DNA of 64,000 bases from an uncultured delta proteobacterium (GCA_963754925.1 CAVWHX010000004.1:320001-384000); one strand, 5' to 3'. Counted from the stretch's first letter, positions 13,587 to 24,576 are shown. The notes: generated by a model not told the origin, from the sequence alone. Made by a program: numbers and translations.

Positions 13587-14048
13587 CTATTTTTCACGGC
13601 GCTGCGCCGCTCGCTGCTCGTCGCGTTGGCGAATACTTTCACGTTTGTCGTATTTCCTTTTCCCGCGCGCCAACCCGAGCTCGACCTTGGCCCTGTTGCG
13701 CTCGTTAAAATATATAGACAGCGCCACCAGGGCCAAACCGCGCTGATCAATCTTGAACTGCAGCTTGCTAATTTGTTTGGCATGCAACAGCAATTTACGT
13801 TTGCGCAGCGGGTTATGGTTGAAATACGGAGCATTCGGCCATGGCGCTATGTGCAGGTTGACCAGATAGGCCTCACCGGTCTCGATCACCGCGTAGGCGT
13901 CCGCAAGATTGGCCCGGCCGTCTCGCAACGATTTCACTTCGCTGCCCTGGAGTACCAAACCGGCCTCGACACGCTCGAGAATAAAGTAATCGTGCAGTGC
14001 GCGCCTATTCTGGCACACAATCGTGCGAGTCTGATCGTCCCGTTTCAT
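13587..14048 (-). CDS. smpB: SsrA-binding protein
   Basis: NRRALHDY, EAGLVLQGSEVKSLR, RKRKLLLH, GLARGKRKYDKRE. Confidence 0.96.
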   Translation of the reverse strand: MKRDDQTRTIVCQNRRALHDYFILERVEAGLVLQGSEVKSLRDGRANLADAYAVIETGEAYLVNLHIAPWPNAPYFNHNPLRKRKLLLHAKQISKLQFKIDQRGLALVALSIYFNERNRAKVELGLARGKRKYDKRESIRQRDEQRAAQRREK

Positions 14049-14239
14049 GGTGCCATTGGCTTTTATAACGCACTTTCCGTTTGAAAGCGCCAGGTACCGC
14101 TTGCCTCCCCGTCGCAATACAGGGGTAAAGCTCAGTTTGCTACCATACACTATATGTGGTATAAAAAACATATCCTTGTTAAGCGCGTTGATAGTACCTA
14201 TCGTCGGCTTAACGTCGCGTTGGGGGAATAAAAGAATCT

Positions 14240-15142
14240 TTGTCAGTGTTCTTTTTGACAACAGGCGGCAAGTTAGGCATACTATGCCGGAAGCAAAAAA
14301 ACGCAGCATTCAGGGAGCGCGGTTTGGTTATTCAGCACTCAGCAGATGTGTTAGTAGCCGAAGAGCCTTTATATTCCGGGCTCAATGAGTATGAAAAAGC
14401 CAGACAGGCGGTGAGCGCTGAGATTTCCCTTTGCGAGCGGACACTTGGCCAAAACCACAATCAGCTCATAAACCTTTTGCGCAAGCTCTCCAAAATCGAA
14501 CGGTCACAACAACATTATTCTCAAGCTGAGAACCTCTTATCCCGGGCAATATCCATCGGCGAACGCCATTGTGGTTCCGATCACCCCGAGGTCGCGGTGA
14601 TCCTCTACGATCTCTCGGATTTATACTGCAGGCAGAGACGATTTGGTGAGGCAGAATGGCTGCTGCGTCGGGTACTGGCCTGCCTTGAACAAGCGCTGGG
14701 TAAAAATCACGCTCTCCTCGCACGAGTGTTGAATAATCTGGCAGGTGTCTGCGATAAACGCGGCAAGCATGACGAGGCTGAGCTTTACTGCCGGCGAGCC
14801 TTCGCCCTTGTCCACGCTCAGGCCGAGAACGAAGCTCCTGGGTCCGCCAGCGCACCCTTCCAGGCAAAGGGACTCCCGTACGTCAACAACCGCTACAAGG
14901 ATGCCGAATTGATTTTTCGTCAGGCCTTCGCCGCAAGCGAAGAAATCGTCACCGTCAAAAGCCCAGAGCCTTCAGCCGGCCCGAACAAGGTATCTGAGCC
15001 CGGGCGACTCATTGAGCAGCCCACCCACGATGACGCGCTCTCCCCACAGGTCATGGAGGTTTTTGAAAACCTGCTCGACCCCCAAAACCCGGACATGCCG
15101 ATCCACCTCGATAACTTTGCTCTTATTTGGAATGTTGATTAG
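14240..15142 (+). CDS. Kinesin-light-chain-type TPR protein, degenerate; start uncertain
   Basis: GSDHPEVAVILYDL, LGKNHALLARVLNNLA, AELYCRRAF repeats. Confidence 0.7.
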   Translation: MSVFFLTTGGKLGILCRKQKNAAFRERGLVIQHSADVLVAEEPLYSGLNEYEKARQAVSAEISLCERTLGQNHNQLINLLRKLSKIERSQQHYSQAENLLSRAISIGERHCGSDHPEVAVILYDLSDLYCRQRRFGEAEWLLRRVLACLEQALGKNHALLARVLNNLAGVCDKRGKHDEAELYCRRAFALVHAQAENEAPGSASAPFQAKGLPYVNNRYKDAELIFRQAFAASEEIVTVKSPEPSAGPNKVSEPGRLIEQPTHDDALSPQVMEVFENLLDPQNPDMPIHLDNFALIWNVD

Positions 15143-15231
15143 TCGCGCCGTCATCGCGGCACACTTCTATTGTTCAGTGTGTTGCGAATGACGACCGGGG
15201 ATCTTTGGAACGATTTCTAATCCCCTAACGG

Positions 15232-15275
15232 GGATAAGAGGCTGTAACGCTCACTTCGTTCGCTAACAGCCTCTA
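15232..15275 (+). repeat. REP/MITE-like hairpin repeat, copy A
   Basis: GGATAAGAGGCTGTAACGCTCACTTCGTTCGCTAACAGCCTCTA; overlaps the cdnL stop codon. Confidence 0.75.
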
Positions 15276-15761
15276 ATTGAAAATGTCCTCTAGTTCCTTT
15301 TCGACGACCTTTTCCCCAACGTTGCGCGCTACACTAATCTCCTTGATGAGCAGGCCACGGGCAGTGTCAAGCATCTTGCGCTCGCCAAAGCTTAAATCCT
15401 TGTCGAACTTGAGCAAGTAAAGATCCCGGAGCACTTCGGCAATGTCAAAAATGGAGCCGGTCTTAATCTTTTCCATGTATTCACGGTATCGTCTATTCCA
15501 CGTTTGGCTTTTTACCGTGATACCCTTTTCCTTCAATATTTTGTAAACATCTTTGACCCTATTTTTAGGTATAACCTCTCGAAGACCGACTGAGCCTACC
15601 TTATCGGTTGGGATCATTATTTTCATGCCGTTGTCGAGGATCTTGAGTACGTAGACATTTTGATTATGGCCCAAAATCTCCCGGCGCTCGATGGCTGTTA
15701 CCTCCCCCACTCCGTGGGCGGGGTAAACTGCCTTATCTCCAATGCTGAAATTAGACTGCAT
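15273..15761 (-). CDS. cdnL: CarD/CdnL family RNA polymerase-binding factor
   Basis: GDKAVYPAHGVG, TWNRRYREYMEKIKTGS, LSFGERKMLDTAR. Confidence 0.92.
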   Translation of the reverse strand: MQSNFSIGDKAVYPAHGVGEVTAIERREILGHNQNVYVLKILDNGMKIMIPTDKVGSVGLREVIPKNRVKDVYKILKEKGITVKSQTWNRRYREYMEKIKTGSIFDIAEVLRDLYLLKFDKDLSFGERKMLDTARGLLIKEISVARNVGEKVVEKELEDIFN

Positions 15762-15963
15762 ATGATCTCCTCTGGCATGTAGTTGTCATGCACACACCAT
15801 TAACCATGGGTACGATACCACTCCGACTGCTTCAAAGTCAATGAAAAAAGCCGTAATCAGTGAAAAAAAGACAAAATGTTCATACCCGCTTGACAACATT
15901 GATTAAAAAATTAGGTGTTAACCGGCTGGATAAAAATTAAATTGGCTTGTGTCGATTAGTCGA

Positions 15964-15979
15964 TTGACATTATAGTCAA
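15964..15979. promoter_or_regulatory. Palindromic operator-like site TTGAC-N6-GTCAA
   Basis: TTGACATTATAGTCAA in the AT-rich divergent cdnL/tolC intergenic region. Confidence 0.4.
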
Positions 15980-16032
15980 AAAACTTCCAACCATTTTTTT
16001 GGGTGAGAGAAGTTCCCCTAAGGAGCAAACGC

Positions 16033-17538
16033 ATGTCACCACGGCCAACGACCTGTATTCTTGTTTTACTATTGGCAAGCCGGATCACCTACGCTGAAGA
16101 GCCTGCCGGCGGCCCCCCCCCCCTCAGCATCGCCGAGGCTAAGGCGCTTGCAAAAAAGAACAACACCTCCCTGCAATCGCTTCGCGAAAAACTCGTGCAG
16201 GCCAACATTCAAATCGACAAGGCTTGGGTTATGTACAAACCCCAGTGGAATGCGGGGGCGTCTTACGTACACTACAACGAAGGAGTATCTTTCAATACTG
16301 GAGAGCTTGTCCAACCCATTGTGCCTTATTTGAATAACTTTAACACTGATATTCTAAAGCTATATCCAGACGTATTGATTCAGAAACAAGATACCTTCGC
16401 CGCCCAGACCTCTATCACGCAACCGATTTTTTTGGCGCGCGCCTTCACCACGATTAAATCGGCCTACAAAGGTTACGATCTTGCCAAATTGACCACCGAA
16501 AACGCCGAGGACTATCTCCTCAATAACGTCGAGCTTGCTTTCTACGGTGCCTTGACCGCTCAGAAGTTCGTCGCCATTGCAGAAGAATCAGTGCAGATCC
16601 GTAAAGAACACCTTCGGGATGCTACCTCCAAGTTTGAGGTCGGCGACTCCACCAAGTTCAATGTTCTAAGGGCCGAGATCGACGCCAACAACGCCGAGGA
16701 GGACCTCAAACGCGCCCAGAATTCTCTATCAATCGCCAAGGAGATCGTCCGATTGCTGTGCGGTATGAACAAAGAGGAATTCTCCCTGGTCGAGCCCGAG
16801 CCGCTCAAGCCGCCCCAGGAAGATGTAGATGCCTTTATCAATCGCGCGCTCACCACGCGGCGCGACCTGCGGTCGGCTCGATTGTCTTTGGAGCTCGGCG
16901 AGCTTGCGAACAAAGACGCCTGGTTTCGGTTTCTTCCGACTCTGGGATTTACCGGAACGTTCAGTTGGGCAAACATAAAAGGTTTTTCGGACAAATATTA
17001 TACCTGGAACGTTATGTTCGGGCTGTCCGTCCCGTTGTATGACGGCGGTTTGCGGTACGCGTTCATCAACGAAGCGCACTCTCAAATCCGCGACGCCGAG
17101 ATACAAATCGAAGACACCACGCGCTCGATACGAAGCGAGATTCGGCAACTGTGGCTGACGATGGAAATGGCTTCGGCCAATTTGGAAAAGGCCCGGCAGT
17201 CGTCGGTCTTGGCCAAGGAACAGGTTGAACTGGCTCGATCGTCTTTCGAGGCCGGGGCGGTGACCAACCTCGAGGTGCTGGACGCCAACTCCACTCTTTT
17301 CATTTCGCGAATGAACGAGGCCCAGGAGGAGCTCAACCTCGAAGTGAGCATATTTAAGTTGTTCCAAGCGCTCACGACGTTCAACCCATCGGGCTCAACC
17401 ACCGCGAACGCCAGCACGACCGCCGTTTCCGGCGGCGGCGCGCCTACCAGCTTGAGCGGCGGCGCATCGAGCCCGACTATGAGCACAACCGGCGCCTCGC
17501 CGACCGGCGCCGGAGCGCCGTCAGGACCGGGAATGTAG
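16033..17538 (+). CDS. TolC family outer membrane efflux protein
   Basis: RBS AGGAG, signal peptide, two OEP repeats (QPIF, KFEVG; LSVPLYDGG, FEAGAVTNLEVLDA); low-complexity S/T/G/P tail. Confidence 0.88.
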   Translation: MSPRPTTCILVLLLASRITYAEEPAGGPPPLSIAEAKALAKKNNTSLQSLREKLVQANIQIDKAWVMYKPQWNAGASYVHYNEGVSFNTGELVQPIVPYLNNFNTDILKLYPDVLIQKQDTFAAQTSITQPIFLARAFTTIKSAYKGYDLAKLTTENAEDYLLNNVELAFYGALTAQKFVAIAEESVQIRKEHLRDATSKFEVGDSTKFNVLRAEIDANNAEEDLKRAQNSLSIAKEIVRLLCGMNKEEFSLVEPEPLKPPQEDVDAFINRALTTRRDLRSARLSLELGELANKDAWFRFLPTLGFTGTFSWANIKGFSDKYYTWNVMFGLSVPLYDGGLRYAFINEAHSQIRDAEIQIEDTTRSIRSEIRQLWLTMEMASANLEKARQSSVLAKEQVELARSSFEAGAVTNLEVLDANSTLFISRMNEAQEELNLEVSIFKLFQALTTFNPSGSTTANASTTAVSGGGAPTSLSGGASSPTMSTTGASPTGAGAPSGPGM

Positions 17539-17558
17539 ACTAAGACATGGTTCGAGTT

Positions 17559-18517
17559 TCAAAAACCTAATGCACCGAGCGCCGCGGCCCCGAGAATTCC
17601 TCCGTCATCGCCTAAGGCGGTTGGTTTTATGGTTACGGCATCGCCGGCCACTTCCAACACGAGGTCCCGAAAGATTTGCTCGGTCCGCGCCTGCAATGAC
17701 GGACATCCTTTAAGTACGGTCCCGCCCAAGACGAGCAGCGCCGGGTTAATCGTGGTGACCGCGTTTGCCAACGCCATCCCGAACAACTGAGCCAGCTCGT
17801 CCCAAAGTCCTCGCGCTCGCGCATCACCTTCTTGAACAAGCTCCTCGACGAAACCAGGATGGATGCACGCCGGATTATTTCCAGCTTTATGCAATAAGGA
17901 CGACCAGTTGCAAGCTTCTCGCTGGAGGTGCTTGCTCAGATTGCCTCCGCCAAGGTACGCCTCAAGGCACCCGTGTCTACCGCAGCCGCACGGCTCTCCA
18001 CCGATACGCACTTTGACATGGCCAAGCTCCGCCGCCACGCCCGTGGCGCCGTGATAGAGTCTCCCGTCCAGGATTAATCCCGCCCCCACCCCGGTTCCGA
18101 CGCAGACAACCAGGACATCTTTCTGCCCGCGGGCGGCGCCAAAACAAAACTCTCCCCAGGCAATCGCCTCCACGTCATTGACCACCCGGATGGGCCGAGC
18201 CAAGGCCGCCGAGAGCATGCGGCCGAACGGCACCTCGCGCCAGCCCAGGTTGGGCCCATTCGCCACAACGCCGCTCGTACCTCGGAGTTGGCCTGCTACC
18301 CCCACCCCCACTCCCTTAACGTCGATAGGGAAAGCTGCGCATCCGCAATCGCCCTCGCAATCGTGTCGCGCGTGAGCGCCACCACAGCCTCGGGAGAACG
18401 ATCTTCGGCCAGCAGCGCGCGCGCCGCCGCCCGAATCTGGCCTTGCTCGTCCACGACCGCTGCGCGAACATTGGTTCCGCCCAGATCAACACCGACTCTA
18501 TAATCCGGAGCCGCCAT
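17559..18517 (-). CDS. ROK family sugar kinase (glucokinase-like), frameshifted at ~18329
   Basis: GVDLGGTN, VNDVEA, GTGVGAG, ELGH, CGCGRHGCLE; one missing C joins the two ORFs. Confidence 0.88.
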
Positions 18518-18534
18518 TATGCTCTTCTCTCACC

Positions 18535-19614
18535 TTAGAGGCTTTTCTCCCATTTGCGCTTGCGCATTTCATCACCCAGCGCACGCACGCGCTGAGCCTG
18601 ATCCTTTGGGCAAACCAGTATCGCGTCGGGAGTTTCAACGACGATCATATTTTGTAAACCGATACAGGCCACTAAACGTTTCTCGGCGCGCAGCACGCAA
18701 CCCTGCGAGTCCTGGGCAATGACCCGGCCGGTAATCACATTGCCGACTTTATCCTGCGGCAACACCTCGGATAGACTGGCCCAACTGCCGACATCGCTCC
18801 AAAAGAACTCACTGGGCACCATACGGATATTGGTGCATCGCTCCATGATGCCGTGGTCAATCGAAATGCCCTCAATGCTCGTAAAAACCCTCCGCACCAC
18901 TCGATCACTTGCGCCACGCGGTGTTGCATAGATCTCCTGTAATCCATCGGAGAGCTTTGGCAAATATGCGGCGATAGCCTCGAGAATGCTCTTGGCCGAG
19001 AAGACAAACATACCTGAATTCCAGGAATAACAACCTGCCTGCAGATACTCCTCTGCGGTGGGGCGATCGGGTTTTTCAACAAAGTCCATGACTTCGAAAA
19101 CATCCGCTCCAGCCGCGGCACAGAGCGTATCGGCAATTTTTGCTCCGGTGTGAATATAGCCATACCCGGTTTCGGGCCTGGTTGGCGCGATTCCAATCGT
19201 TACCAACGCCCCCGTACGCGCAACTTTACACGCACTGCGCAGTTGCCTCCGGAAAGCCGCTGCGGGCCGGACGATGTGGTCCGAGGGCAATACGATGAGG
19301 ATTCCGTTGGGATCGACACGGCGTATCTCAACAGCCGCAAAACCAATTGCCGGAGCAGTGTTTTTCGAAACCGGCTCGAGCAGCAGGTTACTGGTTGGAA
19401 GCTCGGGGACAATCTTTTTTATCAACCGGCGGTATTTGGCGGAACTCGACACCCACAGCCGCGACCAGCCGCAGAGCGGCAAGACCCGCTCGATGGTCGT
19501 TCGCAGCATCGTCTGGGAACCTTCGATCGTCAGAAATTGCTTCGGCCTCGATTCTCGACTCGAAGGCCAGAAGCGGGTCCCTGATCCGCCTGCTAGAATC
19601 ACCGCATGGATCAT
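18535..19614 (-). CDS. manC: Mannose-1-phosphate guanylyltransferase
   Basis: ILAGGSGTRFWP, PKQFL, NTAPAI, PSDH, ETGYGYI, FVEKP, WNSGMF, WSDVGSW. Confidence 0.93.
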   Translation of the reverse strand: MIHAVILAGGSGTRFWPSSRESRPKQFLTIEGSQTMLRTTIERVLPLCGWSRLWVSSSAKYRRLIKKIVPELPTSNLLLEPVSKNTAPAIGFAAVEIRRVDPNGILIVLPSDHIVRPAAAFRRQLRSACKVARTGALVTIGIAPTRPETGYGYIHTGAKIADTLCAAAGADVFEVMDFVEKPDRPTAEEYLQAGCYSWNSGMFVFSAKSILEAIAAYLPKLSDGLQEIYATPRGASDRVVRRVFTSIEGISIDHGIMERCTNIRMVPSEFFWSDVGSWASLSEVLPQDKVGNVITGRVIAQDSQGCVLRAEKRLVACIGLQNMIVVETPDAILVCPKDQAQRVRALGDEMRKRKWEKSL

Positions 19615-20219
19615 TTCCGCACCTCGTGATTGAGGGTAACCGCGCCCGTCGCCTCGACCAACTGCCGTGCGATACGGGCAGTGGCACCCCAAATGGTGTG
19701 TTGTTCAAACTGATAGTAATCCACGTCAAGCATTCGATCCGCAATCTGGATGTGCTCCCGGCGGTGGTGCTGACCTTCAGAGAATAGCGCCCATGGCACA
19801 AACAGCAACTCGCGCACCTCGAACGGATTTGACTTAAAGGTGTACGGGAACGGTATGCGGCCGACCACCGGACTGATCCGATACCCGCTCATGGTAAACG
19901 TGTCTTCCATTTGGCCAAGGATCTCAACGTCACCGGGCAGGAGGCCAATTTCCTCATGGGATTCACGTAACGCGGTAGCCACCAGATCCGCGTCCCCCGG
20001 TTCCATCCCCCCGCCGGGAAAAGAGATCTGGTTTTTGTGGGCGAACACCTGATCGGTCCGGTGGGTCATAAGGAAATAGAGTTCATCCTCCTTAAGAAAC
20101 AGCGGCACGAGCACCGCCGCCGGGTTGAGGCTTTCTGAAATACCAAGCTCATTAATCAGCATGGGCCCCATGTTCCCCGGAACCGTCAAAGCCTGTCGAA
20201 TGCGCTCAAACACAGTCAT
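19611..20219 (-). CDS. Nudix CoA pyrophosphatase (NudL/NUDT7-like)
   Basis: AAVLVPL, QISFPGG, TALRESHEEIG, IWGATARI. Confidence 0.9.
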   Translation of the reverse strand: MTVFERIRQALTVPGNMGPMLINELGISESLNPAAVLVPLFLKEDELYFLMTHRTDQVFAHKNQISFPGGGMEPGDADLVATALRESHEEIGLLPGDVEILGQMEDTFTMSGYRISPVVGRIPFPYTFKSNPFEVRELLFVPWALFSEGQHHRREHIQIADRMLDVDYYQFEQHTIWGATARIARQLVEATGAVTLNHEVRK

Positions 20220-20439
20220 CAGCTTTGCCTATACCATGCACCACTCCCGGCATTCAAGGGGCAGCTACCAATTTCAAAAAGTTAAGCAATCGCTTGTTGC
20301 ATACGCTCGTATCGTGTATCTTTCTTTGAGCAACACCATGAAAGAAGGTCGCGCGAATGGTTGAGTTTGATCCCGCCGCCGCCGCCGCGCCAGGAGGGAC
20401 AACCATGGTAAATTTTGAGAGGATCGATCGAGCTTTCCG

Positions 20440-21501
20440 TCACGCATAACCTATAGTGACCGGCCAGGGCCGCGGGATTGACAGCATCTCATAGATCCGG
20501 ATGGCGAAACGATCGGTCATGCCCGCCAAGAAATCGCAAATGATGCGCTCGCGCTGGGGGCTGCGCTGCGGCAGCTTCTGGTCGGAGAGCAGGGTAAAGA
20601 CCTGCTCGTCTCGCTGAAAGTACGCAAACAAATCGGAAAGCAGCTTATCGCACTTTTGAAACTCTCCATGCACTTCAGGGTTTTCATAGACCCGATCCCA
20701 GAGAAAAGAGCGCAGGTTTTTCAACGCTTCCTCCATACCAGAGCTCATGCGGATGTGCGGATCGCGGTCGAGTCGCGTGTTCGTCAGAACATCCGTTACC
20801 ATGCGGCCGATGCGCTGCGAGTGCGTTTGCCCGAGTTTTTTCAGCAGCCGTGCAGGAACGTCGCGCAACCGAAGCACGCCGCTGCGTAGCGCGTCATCGA
20901 GGTCATGATTGACGTAGGCGATGATGTCGGATACCCGCACCAATTGGCCTTCCAGGGTGCGGGGCAGACTGGCGGCGCCGTTGATGATTTTCCCCCGTCC
21001 CTTCGAGTGGCCGCCGATGCCGTCAATCACCTCGCGTGACAGGTTCAAGCCCCGCCCGTTGTTTTCAAGCTTCACCACGACGCGCACGCTTTGGATCTCG
21101 TGCCGAAATCCTCCCGGCATGAGCCTATCCAAAACCGCCTCCCCGGCGTGGCCGAACGGCGTATGGCCAAGATCGTGGCCCAGAGCAATCGCCTCGGTAA
21201 GATACTCGTTGAGGCGCAATCCCCGGCTGAGGGTGCGGGCGATCTGGCTTACCTCCAGGGTGTGCGTCAGCCGCGTTCGGTAGTGATCGCCCTGGGGCGA
21301 AAGAAACACCTGGGTCTTGTGCAGCAGACGCCGAAACGATTTGCAGTGCAGGATGCGATCGCGGTCGCGCTGAAACGCCGGGCGAACCGGGCACGGCCGC
21401 TCGGGGCGGGATCGCCCTCGACTCTGGTCCGAAAAAGCAGCTGATGGATGCAAGGTGGCGTGCTCCTGGCTCTCTAACATCTTGCGAATTAACGAACTCA
21501 T
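20440..21501 (-). CDS. dgt: Deoxyguanosinetriphosphate triphosphohydrolase-like HD protein
   Basis: FQRDRDRI, HKTQVF, RTRLTHTLEV, HDLGHTPFGHAGE, AGMTD. Confidence 0.93.
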   Translation of the reverse strand: MSSLIRKMLESQEHATLHPSAAFSDQSRGRSRPERPCPVRPAFQRDRDRILHCKSFRRLLHKTQVFLSPQGDHYRTRLTHTLEVSQIARTLSRGLRLNEYLTEAIALGHDLGHTPFGHAGEAVLDRLMPGGFRHEIQSVRVVVKLENNGRGLNLSREVIDGIGGHSKGRGKIINGAASLPRTLEGQLVRVSDIIAYVNHDLDDALRSGVLRLRDVPARLLKKLGQTHSQRIGRMVTDVLTNTRLDRDPHIRMSSGMEEALKNLRSFLWDRVYENPEVHGEFQKCDKLLSDLFAYFQRDEQVFTLLSDQKLPQRSPQRERIICDFLAGMTDRFAIRIYEMLSIPRPWPVTIGYA

Positions 21502-23645
21502 GCTGATACCTCCATCAATTGAAAATCAATCTGGCGCCGGCCGAGGTCAACGTTCTTCACCCGCACCGTCACGGTCATGCCCACCCGAAATTCCGTTCCG
21601 GTATGGGAACCAATTAACGCGAGCCGCTCCTCGGTGAAGCGATAGTAATCATCGGACAACTGGGCGACGTGCACCAGGCCTTCGATCCCGGAGGGCTCGA
21701 TACGTACGAAAAACCCAAATTCGGTTACGTACACGATGCTCCCGACAAACTCCTCACCGAGGTGGCGCTCGAGGTAGGCAGCGTGGTAGAGCACCGTAGC
21801 CTCGCGCTCCGCCTCCATTGCCCGCCGCTCGGCATTCGAACAGCTCGCGGCCATTGCGGAGGCCCGTTCGGCATTCACCGGGAAGCTGCCTACCCGGGGC
21901 GGCTCTTCGTCAAGAACTAACCCCTCGTGCCCGCTGCCGTCTACCAACGCTCCGATCTGGCGGTGGACCATCAGGTCAGGATAGCGGCGGATCGGCGAGG
22001 TGAAGTGGACGTAGCAGGTCGCACCCAAACCAAAATGACTCTCGCGGACGGTGCTGTAGCGGGCCTGCATCAGGCTTCGCAGGAACAATTGTTGCAGCAC
22101 GCCCCGGGTCGGTTTTCCTGACAGGCTCTCGAGGTAGGCGGCCAGTTGGTTGGCGGTAGGATTCTCTCCAAAGGAGACGGGAGCTCCCAAGGCGGCGGCG
22201 ATCGCGGCAAATGCGCGCATACGCTCCGGATCAGGGGCCGGATGAACACGAAAGAGGGTCGGCGCTCCTGAGCGCCACAACACGTGGCCGACCGCTTCGT
22301 TGGCGGCGATCATGCTCGCCTCGATAAGGCGGTGAGAAAAGAGGCGAACCGTCGGTGCGATCTGGATCGGCTGTCCGCCGTTATCTAAAACGATCTCAGA
22401 CTCGGGCAGGTCCAGGTCCAGACTGCCCCGGTCGGCCATGCTTGCAAGCAGGCCCTGCGCGCAATCAGCAAGCCCGAAAAGCATTTCACGGATTCCCCGC
22501 GGTACCGCGAGGTCGACTGCGCCATCCAACAGCGCCTGAACCTGTTCATAGGTCAGTCGCAGGGCGCTCCGGATCAGGCTGCGATAAATTCTTCCCCCGC
22601 GTAGCCGGCCCTGCCGATCGAGCAACAGCTCGACCGTCAGCGTGGCTTTATCCTTTCCCGACGAAAGGCTGCAGACATCCTCGCTCAACGCGGCCGGCAG
22701 CATCGGGAAACACGCACCGGGAAGATATACGCTGGTTCCGCGCTGCAGCGCCTCGCTATCGATAGCGTCGCCGTCTTTCACAAAGCTCGCCACATCGGCA
22801 ATCGAAACCAATAACCGAAATCCGTCGGCTCGGCGCTCGAGAGCAACGGCATCGTCGAAGTCCTTCGCGTCCCCGGGATCGATAGTCACGTGCAAAACCG
22901 AGCGCAGATCGTGTCGCCGACTGGCATTGCGGTCGGATACCGAACGAGCCTCGTTTAACACGGGCGGTGAAAACGAAGCGCTGAGCGAATTGAGAAAGAG
23001 CAAGCGCGCGCGCTCGGCGGGCAGTTGCCCGGCGACGCCGAGCACTTCGAGTATCCTTCCCCGGGGACGGGAACGGGGGAGCGGGTCCTCAACCTGAACA
23101 ACCACCATCTCACCATCGTTAACCTGGGTAGCTTCCTGGAGATTCACCGTGATCGGACCAACAAGCTCCACCTCCTCCGGAAGGACGAACTGGCCGCGCC
23201 CCTGCCGGTGAAAGGTCCCCAGTATCGGCAAGCGCCCGCGGGCAAGGATTTCGATTACCCGGCCCTCCGGCTGGTTCAGCCGGTTGCGACGCAACGCCAC
23301 GGCGCGCACCCGATCGCCTAGTAATGCTCCGCCACGATCCTCGGCGCGCAGCCGTAGCAAAACCTCGCCGTGAGCGCCCTGTACCGAGGCCCCGCCGCGC
23401 TTCTCGCGCGCGAGCAGCCCCTCGATCGCTGTCTGGTTACTCGCCAAACCGTAGCGTCCTCGCCCAGAAGCCACCACGCGTCCTTCGCGCACCAATCCCT
23501 GGAGCACGCGTCGCAAGCGACGGCGCGAGTCGTTGGTGATCCCCACGATGCGCACCAACTGGGGGATGCTGACGACAACGCCGGGTCGTTCTTCAAGGTG
23601 GTGGAGGACAATACCGGCGAGTTCTTGATCGGATCGGGCACTCAC
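21498..23645 (-). CDS. rnr: Ribonuclease R (VacB/RNB family)
   Basis: TIDPGDAKDFDDA, SIADVA, RGTSVY, HFTSPIRRYPDL, C-terminal S1. Confidence 0.92.
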   Translation of the reverse strand: MSARSDQELAGIVLHHLEERPGVVVSIPQLVRIVGITNDSRRRLRRVLQGLVREGRVVASGRGRYGLASNQTAIEGLLAREKRGGASVQGAHGEVLLRLRAEDRGGALLGDRVRAVALRRNRLNQPEGRVIEILARGRLPILGTFHRQGRGQFVLPEEVELVGPITVNLQEATQVNDGEMVVVQVEDPLPRSRPRGRILEVLGVAGQLPAERARLLFLNSLSASFSPPVLNEARSVSDRNASRRHDLRSVLHVTIDPGDAKDFDDAVALERRADGFRLLVSIADVASFVKDGDAIDSEALQRGTSVYLPGACFPMLPAALSEDVCSLSSGKDKATLTVELLLDRQGRLRGGRIYRSLIRSALRLTYEQVQALLDGAVDLAVPRGIREMLFGLADCAQGLLASMADRGSLDLDLPESEIVLDNGGQPIQIAPTVRLFSHRLIEASMIAANEAVGHVLWRSGAPTLFRVHPAPDPERMRAFAAIAAALGAPVSFGENPTANQLAAYLESLSGKPTRGVLQQLFLRSLMQARYSTVRESHFGLGATCYVHFTSPIRRYPDLMVHRQIGALVDGSGHEGLVLDEEPPRVGSFPVNAERASAMAASCSNAERRAMEAEREATVLYHAAYLERHLGEEFVGSIVYVTEFGFFVRIEPSGIEGLVHVAQLSDDYYRFTEERLALIGSHTGTEFRVGMTVTVRVKNVDLGRRQIDFQLMEVSA

Positions 23646-23667
23646 GCCACAACACCCATCGCATTCC

Positions 23668-24576
23668 TTACTTGCCGGGATACCGTTTCAGAATCTCACG
23701 GACCGCTGCTGCATCAGGGCCTTCCGGCGCAAGCTTAAGATAATTCCTATACGAGGTCGCCGCCAACGAGCCATCTCCCAAGACAGCGTAACAAGTTCCG
23801 AGCGCCCGGTGCGGATGCGGATAATCGGGATCTTCCCGCAATGCCTGTTGGTATTCGGCGATTGCCTCGGTGAATCTGCCCAGGTGCGCGAACCGGTTAC
23901 CGCGGCTGTAGTGAAAGGCGGCTTTCGGCTTGGCCGGATAATCGGATGGAACCGGCGCGGCTATCATCTCCACCGTCGCGTCAGCCATCGGAAACAATAT
24001 GGTTTGCGGATTCTCGTAGACAAACAAACGCCACACCAACGCCGCCAACCCGACCACCAGGGCTCCCAACCCAAAAGCCAGCGGCGGCGGCCAGCCCAAG
24101 GTTCTTAAGAGCAGTGACCGTTGCACGCGCGGTTGGACCAGTTCAACTGTTTGAACACGCTCGGCCACCGAAACTGATTGACTCTTTCTTGGTATCTCTT
24201 GTTCTGGCGGTAACTCCACCACCTCGTGCGTCGCACTGTCGGATGGCAGCTTCGCTGGCGCGGCAAGAAAACCTTGCACAATATCATCCAGCTGAGGCAC
24301 CTCGGCTGGTGGGGCCTGCGCGGTACTCTCCGCCAACTCGCCCGATGATGCGTCACCACCGGCAGCCAGCTCGATCTTCTCGGTCGGTTCGGGCGCGACT
24401 TGGTCTGTCCCGCCGACACCCGGTTGTTCGTCGGCCTCGCGCCGGATGAAGTCAGGCATGTCTTCGGCCTTAAAGCCGCCTTGTACCCAGCGTTCAACGG
24501 CCGTTGCCCAATCATCGGAAGAGGAAGGCGGCTTGGATCGATCATCGGCCGCGTCTGGTTCCTTGTCGTCTTTCAA
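23668..24576 (-). CDS. Bitopic membrane protein with C-terminal TPR domain
   Basis: Acidic disordered N-terminus, one TM helix, TPR motifs (EAIAEYQQAL, YRNYLKLAP). Confidence 0.75.
   Translation of the reverse strand: MKDDKEPDAADDRSKPPSSSDDWATAVERWVQGGFKAEDMPDFIRREADEQPGVGGTDQVAPEPTEKIELAAGGDASSGELAESTAQAPPAEVPQLDDIVQGFLAAPAKLPSDSATHEVVELPPEQEIPRKSQSVSVAERVQTVELVQPRVQRSLLLRTLGWPPPLAFGLGALVVGLAALVWRLFVYENPQTILFPMADATVEMIAAPVPSDYPAKPKAAFHYSRGNRFAHLGRFTEAIAEYQQALREDPDYPHPHRALGTCYAVLGDGSLAATSYRNYLKLAPEGPDAAAVREILKRYPGK

Noticed and set aside
13555..14240. tmRNA gene next to smpB
   Set aside because: No GGGG..GGATTCGAC 5' end or TCCACCA 3' end was seen in the flanking intergenic DNA.
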